This document shows positions 18,918 through 27,927 of a DNA stretch of 64,000 bases, in pieces. Location: contig CASEYY010000016.1 of the NCBI GenBank assembly GCA_949292335.1, positions 16,922-80,921 on the forward strand. The letters are read 5' to 3'. This DNA comes from an uncultured Pseudomonadota bacterium (GTDB taxonomy: Bacteria; Pseudomonadota; Alphaproteobacteria; RF32; CAG-239). Both the position numbers and the translations under genes were made by a program. The notes below the pieces were generated by a model. The model saw only the letters and a program-made list of their open reading frames with translations, was not told the origin of the DNA and ran no database searches. Within the stretch, counting starts at the first letter, position 1, and each line of letters starts with the position of its first letter.

Positions 18918-19042
18918 ACCTGTATTGCAAGGTTCAAAAATTTTTTATGATTATTTTGTTTCATATTCAATAAATGCTTGCTTTCATATCTTTTTTATCT
19001 ATAAAATAAATGCGAAAGTTTTTTAACAAGGAGATATTATCA

Positions 19043-19831
19043 ATGAAATTTGTCAAATATACTTTGCTCTCATTACTGGCAGTTATCGTAATCGCTATTA
19101 TTGCCGCTTGGGTCTATTTAGAGCCTTTGGTTAAAGGTGTCGTTCATAAATTCGGTACTCAAGTTGTTGGCACCGAAGTTACTTTGGATGGTTTCAAATT
19201 GCATCCTATTGACGGCGAATTGGAAATTACCGGTCTTAAGGTTGCCAATCCGCAAGGTTATAAAGAACCCAATTTGCTGAGCTTGGGTAGAGTTTTTGTA
19301 AAAGTAGATGTTAAGAGCTTATATTCTGATACCATAGTCGTCGAAAATATCAGAGTTACAGCTCCGGAAATTACCTATGAAATGCCGAATTTTACGACCA
19401 GCAATATTCAGCAAATTCAAGAAAATGTTTCTAAAAATACCGCTTCAACCAAAAACAAACAGCCGGTTAAGGAAGAAAAAACCGAGGCTAAATCAGAGCC
19501 GGCCAAGAGTGTGGTTATTCGCAATGTCTTGGTTGAAGATGGTAAACTTTCTGCCTTGACTCCGTTGCAGAAAAATGGAGAAGCTTTAGTTCTGGATTTG
19601 CCGGCTGTCGAAATTACGGGTATCGGGGATGGTCGCAAAAATATGACTATCGACGAATCCTTAACAGTGGTCTTCAACAGAATTCTCTTTAATGCTACTT
19701 CCGTTGCCACCAAAGCTTTGGGTAATGTTTCCGAAGCAGCTCAGAAAATTGCTAATCAGGCTGCAGAGCAAGCCAAAGGAAAAGTTAAAGAAGAAGCCGA
19801 AGGTTTGTTGGATAAAGTTAAATTCTGGTAG
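19043..19831 (+). CDS. Hypothetical membrane-anchored protein
   Basis: N-terminal TM (LLSLLAVIVIAIIAAWVYL), a beta-rich middle region, a K/E-rich linker and an amphipathic C-terminus. Start at the ATG at 19043, which has an aaggag RBS. No family recognised with confidence. Confidence 0.6.
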   Translation: MKFVKYTLLSLLAVIVIAIIAAWVYLEPLVKGVVHKFGTQVVGTEVTLDGFKLHPIDGELEITGLKVANPQGYKEPNLLSLGRVFVKVDVKSLYSDTIVVENIRVTAPEITYEMPNFTTSNIQQIQENVSKNTASTKNKQPVKEEKTEAKSEPAKSVVIRNVLVEDGKLSALTPLQKNGEALVLDLPAVEITGIGDGRKNMTIDESLTVVFNRILFNATSVATKALGNVSEAAQKIANQAAEQAKGKVKEEAEGLLDKVKFW

Positions 19832-19850
19832 TATTTATTTTCAGGCCACA

Positions 19851-19880
19851 AAAAAGCATCCGATTTCGGATGCTTTCTTT
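19851..19880. terminator. Hairpin terminator (bidirectional position)
   Basis: aaaaagcatccg-attt-cggatgctttcttt. A near-copy lies at 20003-20035 with the loop reverse-complemented (aaat). Confidence 0.7.
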
Positions 19881-19882
19881 GT

Positions 19883-19972
19883 TGGCGGAGAGGCAGAGAT
19901 TCGAACTCTGGGTGGGCTCGCGCCCACGACGGTTTGGGCCTTTGGCCATCTGCGATTCCAAGACCGCTGCAT
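19883..19972 (-). pseudogene. tRNA-Ser 3' fragment (acceptor 3' strand+CCA, T-arm, variable arm, anticodon arm with ~22-nt insertion, end of D-arm)
   Basis: Identical to the intact tRNA-Ser(UGA) at 20038-20127 over the 3' half apart from one variable-loop substitution. It carries the extra gaatcgcagatggccaaaggccc in the anticodon loop, and homology stops inside the D-arm. Confidence 0.8.
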
Positions 19973-20002
19973 CAAGTAGCTTGTAATGTAATATTTAAGC
20001 AC

Positions 20003-20035
20003 AAAAAAAGCATCCGAAATCGGATGCTTTTTTTT
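20003..20035 (-). terminator. Rho-independent terminator after tRNA-Ser(UGA)
   Basis: gcatccg-aaat-cggatgc stem flanked by an A-run and a T-run, immediately 3' of the tRNA on the minus strand. Confidence 0.75.
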
Positions 20036-20037
20036 AT

Positions 20038-20127
20038 TGGCGGAGAGGCAGAGATTCGAACTCTGGGTGGGCTCGCACCCACGACGGTTTTCAAGACCGC
20101 TGCATTAAACCACTCTGCCACCTCTCC
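20038..20127 (-). tRNA. tRNA-Ser(UGA), CCA encoded
   Basis: The reverse complement folds as GGAGAGG acceptor, GCA/TGC D-stem, GCGGT-ctTGAaa-ACCGT anticodon arm, GTGGG..CCCAC variable arm, CAGAG-ttcgaat-CTCTG T-arm, then G-CCA. Confidence 0.9.
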
Positions 20128-20190
20128 ATTAGGTGTCAAATAAAAATAATATCCTTTTGTGAAAACCGTCAAGAAACTTCGTTTCTTATC

Positions 20191-20258
20191 CGACGGTTTG
20201 GGCCTTCGGCCATCTGCGATTCCAAGACCGCTGCATTAAACCACTCTGCCACCTCTCC
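20191..20258 (-). pseudogene. tRNA-Ser 5' fragment (acceptor 5' strand, D-arm, anticodon arm with the same ~22-nt insertion)
   Basis: Matches the 5' half of the intact gene, carries gaatcgcagatggccgaaggccc in the anticodon loop, and ends after ccgtcg. It shares a 46-nt direct repeat (1 mismatch) with 19927-19972. Confidence 0.8.
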
Positions 20259-20415
20259 ATTGGACGCAGCTTAAGAAGTTCGCTTTGCTTTTTATATGAA
20301 ACTTTTATAAAGGTCAAGATTTATTTTATGATACTTTATAAAAAATTATTTTTTATGCCGTTAAATCTTTTTTTAATCAAAGGGATTTATTATCACTGTA
20401 AAAAGGGGAATAATC

Positions 20416-21690
20416 GTGAAAAAAAATATCTTGGTGTGGGTTTTAAGTTTGCAAATTTGCTCGTTCGCAACTTGGGCTCAGGCAGATAATAATCCACCTA
20501 AAGAATATTTGGATTGGCTGGATAACTTAAAGAAAGAAATGCTTGAAAAAGGTATTTCTCAAAAAACTATTGATAAAGTCTATGGTAATAATACTTTTTA
20601 TCATGCCACGCCAAATGCCGTTAAAAGTGATCGTAAACAACTCGAATTCGTCTTAACATCCGCCGATTATCTCAATCGAGTGGTCAATAAAAAACGAGTG
20701 GAAAAAGGGCAAGAATATTATACTAATTTACAGCCTTTTTTACAAAAATTAGAAAGCAAATATAATGTACAAGGTGAGTACATTATCGCATTTTGGGGAA
20801 TAGAAACCAATTTCGGTACTAACTTCGGCGGACATAATGTAATTGATGCCTTGACCGAAATGAGTTACGATACAAGACGTCCGCAATTTTTTAAAAAAGA
20901 ATTATATCAAGCTTTGAAAATTGTTGATGATTGGAATGTCGATTTTAATAAAATGCAAGGCTCTTGGGCCGGAGCAATGGGACATTTTCAGTTTATGCCT
21001 TCGACATTTAATGCTTACGCCGTGGATTATAATGATGACGGGGAAATTGATATTTGGGCAACCTTTGAAGATGCCGCAGCTTCCGCCGCAAATTATTTAA
21101 CCGAAATCGGTTGGAAAAAAGATATGCCTTGGGGACAAGAAGTAATTTTACCGTGGAATTTTGACTATTCTATGACCGGAAGAAATAAACCTCAATCTCC
21201 GCAAAAATGGCAAAAAATGGGTGTGAAATCAATAAATAATAAAAAATTGTCAGTGCCAGATACCTGTCAGGCCTCTATTATTACGCCGGAAGGAAAAAAA
21301 GGCAGGGTTTATCTTATTTGCGATAACTTTTATCGTATAATGCAATGGAATCGTTCCGAAAATTATGCTTTGGCGGTCGGGATTTTGGCCGATTACATTA
21401 AAACCGGTAAAAAATGGAAGAAAATAAATCCGAATTCAGCACCAAAAATAAAAACCGAAGATGTCATGAAAATTCAGTCTTTTATCAACAAATTAGGGTG
21501 GTTTGAGCTTGAAGAAGACGGTATGCTCGGCTCAAAAACTCGCGAAGCCATCAAAAAAGTTCAGAAAAAAGCTTTAATGCAACAAGACGGATATCCCGAT
21601 TACCTGCTGTTGCATAAAATAAATAATTATAATTCCGATATCGGATTTAGTGTGCCGGTGCCAGAAAGAAAATTACACAAGGCAAAATAA
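20416..21690 (+). CDS. Lytic murein transglycosylase (MltB/SLT_2 family) with C-terminal peptidoglycan-binding domain
   Basis: Signal peptide, GIETNFG catalytic-Glu block, GAMGHFQFMPSTF block and a C-terminal PG_binding_1-like LGWFELEEDGMLGSKTREAIKKVQ segment. GTG start. Confidence 0.85.
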   Translation: MKKNILVWVLSLQICSFATWAQADNNPPKEYLDWLDNLKKEMLEKGISQKTIDKVYGNNTFYHATPNAVKSDRKQLEFVLTSADYLNRVVNKKRVEKGQEYYTNLQPFLQKLESKYNVQGEYIIAFWGIETNFGTNFGGHNVIDALTEMSYDTRRPQFFKKELYQALKIVDDWNVDFNKMQGSWAGAMGHFQFMPSTFNAYAVDYNDDGEIDIWATFEDAAASAANYLTEIGWKKDMPWGQEVILPWNFDYSMTGRNKPQSPQKWQKMGVKSINNKKLSVPDTCQASIITPEGKKGRVYLICDNFYRIMQWNRSENYALAVGILADYIKTGKKWKKINPNSAPKIKTEDVMKIQSFINKLGWFELEEDGMLGSKTREAIKKVQKKALMQQDGYPDYLLLHKINNYNSDIGFSVPVPERKLHKAK

Positions 21691-21747
21691 GTGCTTTACC
21701 TGAGTCAAAAAAAATTGTAAATTATAGGCGATTTTTTTTTGAAATGA

Positions 21748-22584
21748 ATGATGTCAGGCAGATTAATGATTAGAACTAAATATACTTTTTTACTTCTGTT
21801 ATTGTTTTTGGGAGCTTGTACTTACGGCAGAACAGACCTGGGAGACGGAAAATATACTCAGGCTTCGGTAATCGCCGGGCAGGGCGGAACCTATAAAGTA
21901 GGTAATCCGTATAAAATTATGGGAAAATGGTATTATCCAAAAGAAGATTACCATTATTCCGAGGTGGGAATGGCTTCTTGGTATGGATCTGATTTTCACG
22001 CCAAAACTACGGCCAATGGTGAAAAATATGATATGTATTCTCTAACCGCTGCCCATCGTACTTTACCTTTACCCTCAATCGTAAAAGTTACAAATCTGGA
22101 AAACGGTCGTTCTTTGGTGTTGAGAGTTAACGATCGCGGGCCTTATGCCAAAGGGCGGATTATCGATGTTTCTAAAAGAGCTTCACAACTCTTAGGATTC
22201 CACACTCAAGGAACAACAAAAGTAAGAGTCGAGATTATGCCCGAAGAAAGTAAGGCCTTGAAAGCGGCTTTGCTCGGGGAAAAATATTCTCCGGGAGTTA
22301 AAGAGGTCGAACAGACTCCTTTGCCGCAGAAAACACAAAAACAGGTATATCCCAAAGGAAGCTATTTTGTTCAGGCCGGATCTTACAGTTATCAATCCGG
22401 AGCTCAGGATGTGGCCGCCAGATTACAGGATGTCGGAAGCACCAATATCTATTATGTTAATCTTGACGGGCGGAATTATTATCGGGTCAGAGTCGGACCT
22501 TTCAGCAATCAGAATGAGGCAGAGGTTGCTTTAGCTAAGGTCAAAGATGTCGGAATTTTTGATGCAAAAGTTGTATCGGATTAG
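21748..22584 (+). CDS. rlpA: Septal ring lytic transglycosylase RlpA (DPBB + SPOR)
   Basis: Lipobox LGAC, ASWYGSDFHAKTTANGEKYD and VTNLENGRSLVLRVNDRGPY DPBB blocks, and a C-terminal SPOR-like YYRVRVGPF block. The exact start is uncertain. Confidence 0.85.
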   Translation: MMSGRLMIRTKYTFLLLLLFLGACTYGRTDLGDGKYTQASVIAGQGGTYKVGNPYKIMGKWYYPKEDYHYSEVGMASWYGSDFHAKTTANGEKYDMYSLTAAHRTLPLPSIVKVTNLENGRSLVLRVNDRGPYAKGRIIDVSKRASQLLGFHTQGTTKVRVEIMPEESKALKAALLGEKYSPGVKEVEQTPLPQKTQKQVYPKGSYFVQAGSYSYQSGAQDVAARLQDVGSTNIYYVNLDGRNYYRVRVGPFSNQNEAEVALAKVKDVGIFDAKVVSD

Positions 22585-22596
22585 GAGAGATAAAAA

Positions 22597-23745
22597 ATGA
22601 AAATGCATAAATTTTATTTGACTTGTTGCAGTGCCGCTGTTTTGTTGGCGTCCGCTAGTGCTTGGGCTATTGATACCAAAGCTAAAAATATGGTGTTGAT
22701 GGATTATGATACCGGTGAGTATTTGTATGAGAAAAATATCTCCGATCCGATTCCTCCGGCATCAATGAGTAAGTTAATGACCATATACATGATTTTTGAT
22801 AAGCTCAGAAACGGCAGCCTTTCTCTTGATGATACTTTTAAAGTGAGTGAAAATGCTTGGCGTAAAGGCGGGGCTCCAAGCGGCGGTTCGACAATGTTTT
22901 TGGCAATCGGGGATGAAGTAAAAGTCGATGAACTGCTCAAAGGAATAATTATTCAATCGGGTAATGATGCCTGTATTGTGGCTGCCGAAAATATTGCCGG
23001 TGACGAAGATAGTTTTGTTGATGCCATGAATGCCAAAGCTCAGGAGTTGGGACTTACAAATTCTCATTTTGCCAATGTTACCGGATTGCCGCACCCAGAT
23101 CACAGAATGTCGGTTGAAGATTTGGCAAAATTGGCCAGACACATAATCAAAGAATTTCCTCAGTTTTATCATTTGTTCTCGCAGAAAGAATTTGTTTATA
23201 ACAACATTCGTCAAGGAAATCGAAATCCGTTGTTATATTCAATGCCATATGCCGACGGACTTAAAACCGGTCATACCGAAGAAGCCGGTTTTTGCTTGAC
23301 GGCTTCGGCTAAAAAAGGAGATAGAAGAATTATCGGGGTCATGACCGGACTAAGCTCTAATAAAGAACGTTCGGAAGAGGCAGAAAAAATGATGTCTTGG
23401 GGCTTTAGGGAATATGATAATTACAATTTGGCCGAAAAAGGCAAAAAAGTTGCCGATATTCCGGTATGGTACGGAACTGCTCAAACCGTGCCCTTGGTGA
23501 TTTCTCAGGATGTGGTCAAAACCATCAAGAAAAGTGCTCGTAATCAGGTTAAAATGATTGCTTCATATGATAAACCCGTGAAAGCTCCGATACAAATGGG
23601 ACAACAGTTGGGTGTGTTGAAAATTGAAGCTCCCGATATGCCGACAACCGAAATTCCGCTGGTGGCCGGACAGACCATAAATAAAGTCGGCTTATGGGGC
23701 AAAATGGTGGCTAATTTTAAATATCTATTGACCGGAGATATGTAG
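22597..23745 (+). CDS. D-alanyl-D-alanine carboxypeptidase (PBP5/6 class)
   Basis: Signal peptide, SMSK (SxxK), SGND (SxN) and KTGHT (KTG) motifs. Confidence 0.9.
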   Translation: MKMHKFYLTCCSAAVLLASASAWAIDTKAKNMVLMDYDTGEYLYEKNISDPIPPASMSKLMTIYMIFDKLRNGSLSLDDTFKVSENAWRKGGAPSGGSTMFLAIGDEVKVDELLKGIIIQSGNDACIVAAENIAGDEDSFVDAMNAKAQELGLTNSHFANVTGLPHPDHRMSVEDLAKLARHIIKEFPQFYHLFSQKEFVYNNIRQGNRNPLLYSMPYADGLKTGHTEEAGFCLTASAKKGDRRIIGVMTGLSSNKERSEEAEKMMSWGFREYDNYNLAEKGKKVADIPVWYGTAQTVPLVISQDVVKTIKKSARNQVKMIASYDKPVKAPIQMGQQLGVLKIEAPDMPTTEIPLVAGQTINKVGLWGKMVANFKYLLTGDM

Positions 23746-23747
23746 TA

Positions 23748-24392
23748 ATGACGGGAAAGTTTATTACTTTTGAAGGCGGTGAAGGTTGCGGGAAATCAAC
23801 TCAAATCAAACTGTTGGCAGAACACCTTAAACAAAAAGGTTATGATATCATAACCACCAAAGAACCCGGCGGTACCGAAGTGGGACAGGAAATCAGAAAG
23901 CTTTTGGTGTGCGGTGATAAAGATAAGTTTGATGATGTAGCCGAAATGCTTCTCTATTATGCCGACAGAAGAATTCACTTAACCAAAAAAATTTGGCCGG
24001 CCATGCAAAAAGGTTGTATCGTCTTAAGTGACCGATATGCCGATTCAACAGTTGCCTACCAATACTACGGATATAATAAAAAAATTCAAAAAGATAAGCT
24101 CGACGAAATGTATAAAATCGTAGCCGGTGATTTTAAACCCGATTTGACGATAATTTTGGATATTGATGTCAAAAAAGGTTTGGCTCGCTCCTTTGCCAAA
24201 GCCAAAACCATGGAAGTCAAGGAACTGCGTTTTGAAGGTCGTGAGATTGAATTTCATGAAAATCTGCGTCGAGGTTTTTTGGAAATCGCTAAAGAAAATC
24301 CGGAAAGATACGTAGTGTTAAATGCCGATAAGACGATTGATGAACTGCATCAAGAGGTGGTAAAAACAGTGGAAGATAAATTGGGGTTGTAA
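23748..24392 (+). CDS. tmk: Thymidylate kinase
   Basis: FITFEGGEGCGKST P-loop and a DRYADS motif. Confidence 0.9.
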   Translation: MTGKFITFEGGEGCGKSTQIKLLAEHLKQKGYDIITTKEPGGTEVGQEIRKLLVCGDKDKFDDVAEMLLYYADRRIHLTKKIWPAMQKGCIVLSDRYADSTVAYQYYGYNKKIQKDKLDEMYKIVAGDFKPDLTIILDIDVKKGLARSFAKAKTMEVKELRFEGREIEFHENLRRGFLEIAKENPERYVVLNADKTIDELHQEVVKTVEDKLGL

Positions 24393-24394
24393 AT

Positions 24395-25453
24395 TTGCCA
24401 ACGGAAGAAAACACATCATTTGCTCCAAAAGATAATGCCTTTTTGCTGGGACACGAAACCGCAGAAAAAAGGTTTTTGGTGGCATGGAAAAATAATTCTT
24501 TGCATCAATCTTGGTTGATATCGGGGCTAAAAGGTGTAGGTAAGGCAACTTTTGCTTATAAAATTGCCAGATTTATCTTAAATGCCGATGAAAATAATCG
24601 TCAAAATTATAATTCCATTGATGTGCCTCAAGATAATGAAATATTCAAACAAATAGCTCAGGGATCTTGTCCGGATTTTAAATTGCTTGAACGAAGCTAT
24701 ATCAAAACCGAAAAACAGAAAATCATTAAGGCTATAAAAGACGGAAATTATATGTCGGATGATGAGCTTAAAGATTTGAAAAAATCTGCGGTTATTGCCG
24801 TTGATGATGTGCGTACGGTTAACGAATTCTTAGCTAAAAAATCGGCTAACGGCAAATGGCGGGTGGTGATTATTGACAGCGTTGATGATATGAATGCCTC
24901 TTCGGCAAATGCCATATTAAAAATTTTGGAAGAGCCGCCGGCCAGAACTTTAATGCTGTTAATCTCACATAATCCGGCAAAGTTGTTGCCAACGATTAAA
25001 TCGCGTTGCATAAAAATTGAGCTAAAGCCGCTACAAGATAATCAAGTAGCAAGTTTGTTGCGACGATATAGGCCGAATTTGAGTGAAGCCGTTATTAAAA
25101 AAACTGCCGCCTTGGCCGGCGGAAGTATCGGAAAAGCAATAGCTTACGCCGATGGTGAGGCAACCCAGTTTTATGACAATATTTATGCTTTGGCTTCCCA
25201 AGGAACAAATTTTAAGACTTCCGAAATGCTGGAATTTTGTGATGAGGTCAGTAAATCAGAAGAAAATTACGACTTATTCAAAGAGCTTATTTTAAAATTT
25301 TTGAGTGAACAAGCCAAGGCCTTAAATAAGGTAGCAGAAACTACTGATATGTTTGATCAAACAACGAAAATATTTGTTGAGACCGAAAGCCTTAACCTTG
25401 ATAAAAGGTTGGCGGTGATGAATATAATGACTAACATCTGTAAGATATATTAG
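24395..25453 (+). CDS. holB: DNA polymerase III delta' subunit
   Basis: GLKGVGKATFAYKIARF Walker-like block, SANAILKILEEPP and TIKSRC motifs. TTG start. Canonical tmk-holB order. Confidence 0.85.
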   Translation: MPTEENTSFAPKDNAFLLGHETAEKRFLVAWKNNSLHQSWLISGLKGVGKATFAYKIARFILNADENNRQNYNSIDVPQDNEIFKQIAQGSCPDFKLLERSYIKTEKQKIIKAIKDGNYMSDDELKDLKKSAVIAVDDVRTVNEFLAKKSANGKWRVVIIDSVDDMNASSANAILKILEEPPARTLMLLISHNPAKLLPTIKSRCIKIELKPLQDNQVASLLRRYRPNLSEAVIKKTAALAGGSIGKAIAYADGEATQFYDNIYALASQGTNFKTSEMLEFCDEVSKSEENYDLFKELILKFLSEQAKALNKVAETTDMFDQTTKIFVETESLNLDKRLAVMNIMTNICKIY

Positions 25454-25464
25454 AGAGAAGATAA

Positions 25465-26223
25465 ATGTTGGCAGATAGTCATTGTCATTTGGAAAATAAC
25501 GATAATCTTCCTGAAATTATGCAAAGAGCTGTGGATAACGGTGTGGGATTAATTCTTGATGCCGGAAGTAATATTGACCATATTGAAGAGCATTTGGATA
25601 TAACCAAAAAGTATGAAAATGTGTATACCGCAGCCGGTGTACATCCGCATAATGCCAAAGAATTTGCCCAAGTTACGGCTGAGGATATTCTGCGACATAC
25701 CAAAAATCCAAAAGTAATTGCCATAGGTGAGGCCGGATTGGATTATTTTTATGATTTTGCTCCCAAAGATTTGCAAATAAAAGTTTTGGAGCAAAATATC
25801 AAGGCCGCACAAATCAGCGGATTACCTTTGATTATTCATAATCGGGATTCCGATGATGATATGATTGAATTATTGCAAGAAAGCTACGGACAACAAAAAT
25901 TTAAGGCAATAATTCATTGTTATTCATCGTCTTGGAAGTTGGCGGAAGCGGCTCTTGGTATGGGATTTTATATCTCGGCGTCGGGGATTATAACTTTTAA
26001 TTCGGCGGCGGAGATACGAGAAAATTTTACTAAAATTCCGCTTGATAGACTATTGGTGGAAACTGATTCTCCGTATCTTGCTCCGGTGCCTAAACGGGGA
26101 CAGGAAAATGAACCGGCGAATGTCAAGTTTACGGCTCAAAAGTTGGCAGAAATTAAAAATGTGAGCTTTGATGAAATTGCAAAAGTAACGACGGATAATT
26201 TTAAGAGGTTGTTTGAATTATGA
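25465..26223 (+). CDS. tatD: TatD-family metal-dependent DNase/hydrolase
   Basis: DSHCHL start, GEAGLDYFYD, IIHNRDS and ETDSPYLAPVP motifs. Confidence 0.9.
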   Translation: MLADSHCHLENNDNLPEIMQRAVDNGVGLILDAGSNIDHIEEHLDITKKYENVYTAAGVHPHNAKEFAQVTAEDILRHTKNPKVIAIGEAGLDYFYDFAPKDLQIKVLEQNIKAAQISGLPLIIHNRDSDDDMIELLQESYGQQKFKAIIHCYSSSWKLAEAALGMGFYISASGIITFNSAAEIRENFTKIPLDRLLVETDSPYLAPVPKRGQENEPANVKFTAQKLAEIKNVSFDEIAKVTTDNFKRLFEL

Positions 26224-27008
26224 GCGGTAGTGCATTGTTTTTGGGAGCAGGGGCATCTCCGGGGGTACCTTCACTTAGTTGCGGTTGGGGAGCTTGCAAT
26301 CCCAATAATCCGAAAAATTTACGAAGACGGACTTCAACACTCTATGAAATCAACGGGGTGAAAGTATTGATTGATACTTCGCCGGATTTGCGAATCCAGT
26401 TGATTGATAACCACATAACTTATTTGGATGGTATTTGCTATACTCATGCACATTCCGACCACTTGTACGGAATTGATGAGTTACGCGAAATTAATCGCAT
26501 AACCTGTAAACCTTTGGATATTTTTGCTCCCGAAGTGGTGATGAAAGAAATAAAAAGAAGGTTTGAGTATTTGTTGTTGGATAAAAAAACTGATGATTTT
26601 TATTTATCAAAGCCGGGATTGTTGCCGCATATAATTAAACCAAATCATCCGTTTTATATAAAAGATGTGAAGATAATGCCGCTTAAATTGCTGGGGCATA
26701 ATATGCCGTCTTTCGGGTATATCTTGAATGATGAGGTGGTGCATATTGCCGATTTCAAAACTTTTTCCAATTCCGCCGTTAAACAAATTGCCGATATAAA
26801 ACCAAAATTGTTGGTTTTGCCGTTGACAATAATCGAATATCACCGTTATCATATCGGGTTAAGAGAGGCTTTGGATTATATTAAAAAAATTAATCCTGAA
26901 ATGGTGGTGCTAAACCATATGGCCAGTGAGTGTGATTATGATTTTGTTAATGAAAATACACCGAAAAATGTATTTCCGGCGTATGATAATATGAAAGTAG
27001 AGTGGTAA
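26220..27008 (+). CDS. MBL-fold metallo-hydrolase (PhnP/GPP-like)
   Basis: THAHSDHLYG (HxHxDH) motif. ATGA overlap with tatD. Confidence 0.8.
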   Translation: MSGSALFLGAGASPGVPSLSCGWGACNPNNPKNLRRRTSTLYEINGVKVLIDTSPDLRIQLIDNHITYLDGICYTHAHSDHLYGIDELREINRITCKPLDIFAPEVVMKEIKRRFEYLLLDKKTDDFYLSKPGLLPHIIKPNHPFYIKDVKIMPLKLLGHNMPSFGYILNDEVVHIADFKTFSNSAVKQIADIKPKLLVLPLTIIEYHRYHIGLREALDYIKKINPEMVVLNHMASECDYDFVNENTPKNVFPAYDNMKVEW

Positions 27009-27009
27009 A

Positions 27010-27879
27010 ATGTTGTGTATATATCATTTGGCCGATCATGACGGTAAGGGGTCGGCCGCGATTGTAAACAGAAAATTTAAGAATGTGGAGTTTTTGGGGC
27101 TTAATCATGATATGGAAGTTCCGCTTGAAGACATATTGAAACATGACAAAATCGTTATATGTGATATTTCTTTGCCGCTTGAGGTGATGTTTAGGCTTAA
27201 TGAAGAAAAAGATTTGACCTGGATTGATCATCATGCCTCGGTAATCGAAAGATATGAAGAAGCTGTCAAATCCGGTGGTAAAAGGGAAATCAAAGGCATT
27301 AGACGCAACGGAACCGCGGCGATTATGCTGACTTGGGAATATTTTTATCCTGATGAAGAAATGCCCGAAGGGATAAAATTATTAGCCTTAAATGATATAT
27401 TTGATTTGCGTGATAAAAGAGTGCGGCCGTTTGAGTATGCGTTTCAATCTTTGGGAGTTAATAAACCTAAAGACAATACTTGGAAGGATTTGTTTTTAGG
27501 AAAACTTAATGTCGATGAGATGGTGAAAAAAGGCGAGGCGATTTTATCTTATATCAAAAATCGCAATCACCGTTTGTGCAAAGCTATGTCTTTTGATACA
27601 GAGTATATGGGTTATAAAGGAATCTGTGCCAATATGCCGCAAGGATATTCCGAGTTTTATGACGGAGTTAAAAATATTAAAAATTATGATTTTATGTGCA
27701 ACTTTTTTATGAACGGAAAGAATAGTTGGAATTTATCTTTTTACACGGCAAAAGATGATGTTGATGTCTCAAAAATAGCCGAGACTTTCGGCGGCGGCGG
27801 ACATAAAAAAGCAGCCGGAGCTTCTGGCTTGAAAAAATTGCCGGATTTTTTGCTTAACGGAGTTCCGCATAAAGACTAA
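27010..27879 (+). CDS. DHH/DHHA1-family phosphoesterase (nanoRNase/pAp-phosphatase-like)
   Basis: YHLADHDGKGSAA (motif I), VICDIS (II), WIDHHAS (DHH, III) and GGGGHKKAAG (DHHA1). The start lies 1 nt after the MBL stop. Confidence 0.75.
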   Translation: MLCIYHLADHDGKGSAAIVNRKFKNVEFLGLNHDMEVPLEDILKHDKIVICDISLPLEVMFRLNEEKDLTWIDHHASVIERYEEAVKSGGKREIKGIRRNGTAAIMLTWEYFYPDEEMPEGIKLLALNDIFDLRDKRVRPFEYAFQSLGVNKPKDNTWKDLFLGKLNVDEMVKKGEAILSYIKNRNHRLCKAMSFDTEYMGYKGICANMPQGYSEFYDGVKNIKNYDFMCNFFMNGKNSWNLSFYTAKDDVDVSKIAETFGGGGHKKAAGASGLKKLPDFLLNGVPHKD

Positions 27880-27918
27880 AAAAAATAAAGCGTCATTTTA
27901 AATGACGCTTTATTTTTT
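27880..27918. terminator. Bidirectional rho-independent terminator
   Basis: aaaaaataaagcgtcatt-tta-aatgacgctttatttttt between convergent genes. Confidence 0.75.
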
Positions 27919-27927
27919 GCATTTTTA

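Noticed and set aside
19927-19972. Archaeal/eukaryal-style bulge-helix-bulge tRNA intron as the explanation for the ~22-nt anticodon-loop insertion
   Set aside because: The insertion interrupts the anticodon itself rather than lying at position 37/38. No excision I tried restores a 7-nt loop with a serine anticodon. Both carriers are gene fragments. I keep it only as an unexplained insertion.
19692-20172. Three 64-95-aa ORFs over the tRNA-Ser array
   Set aside because: They read through tRNA-Ser copies and fragments and repeat the same peptide (GGEAEIRTLGGLAPTTV). They are an artefact of the duplicated tRNA sequence.
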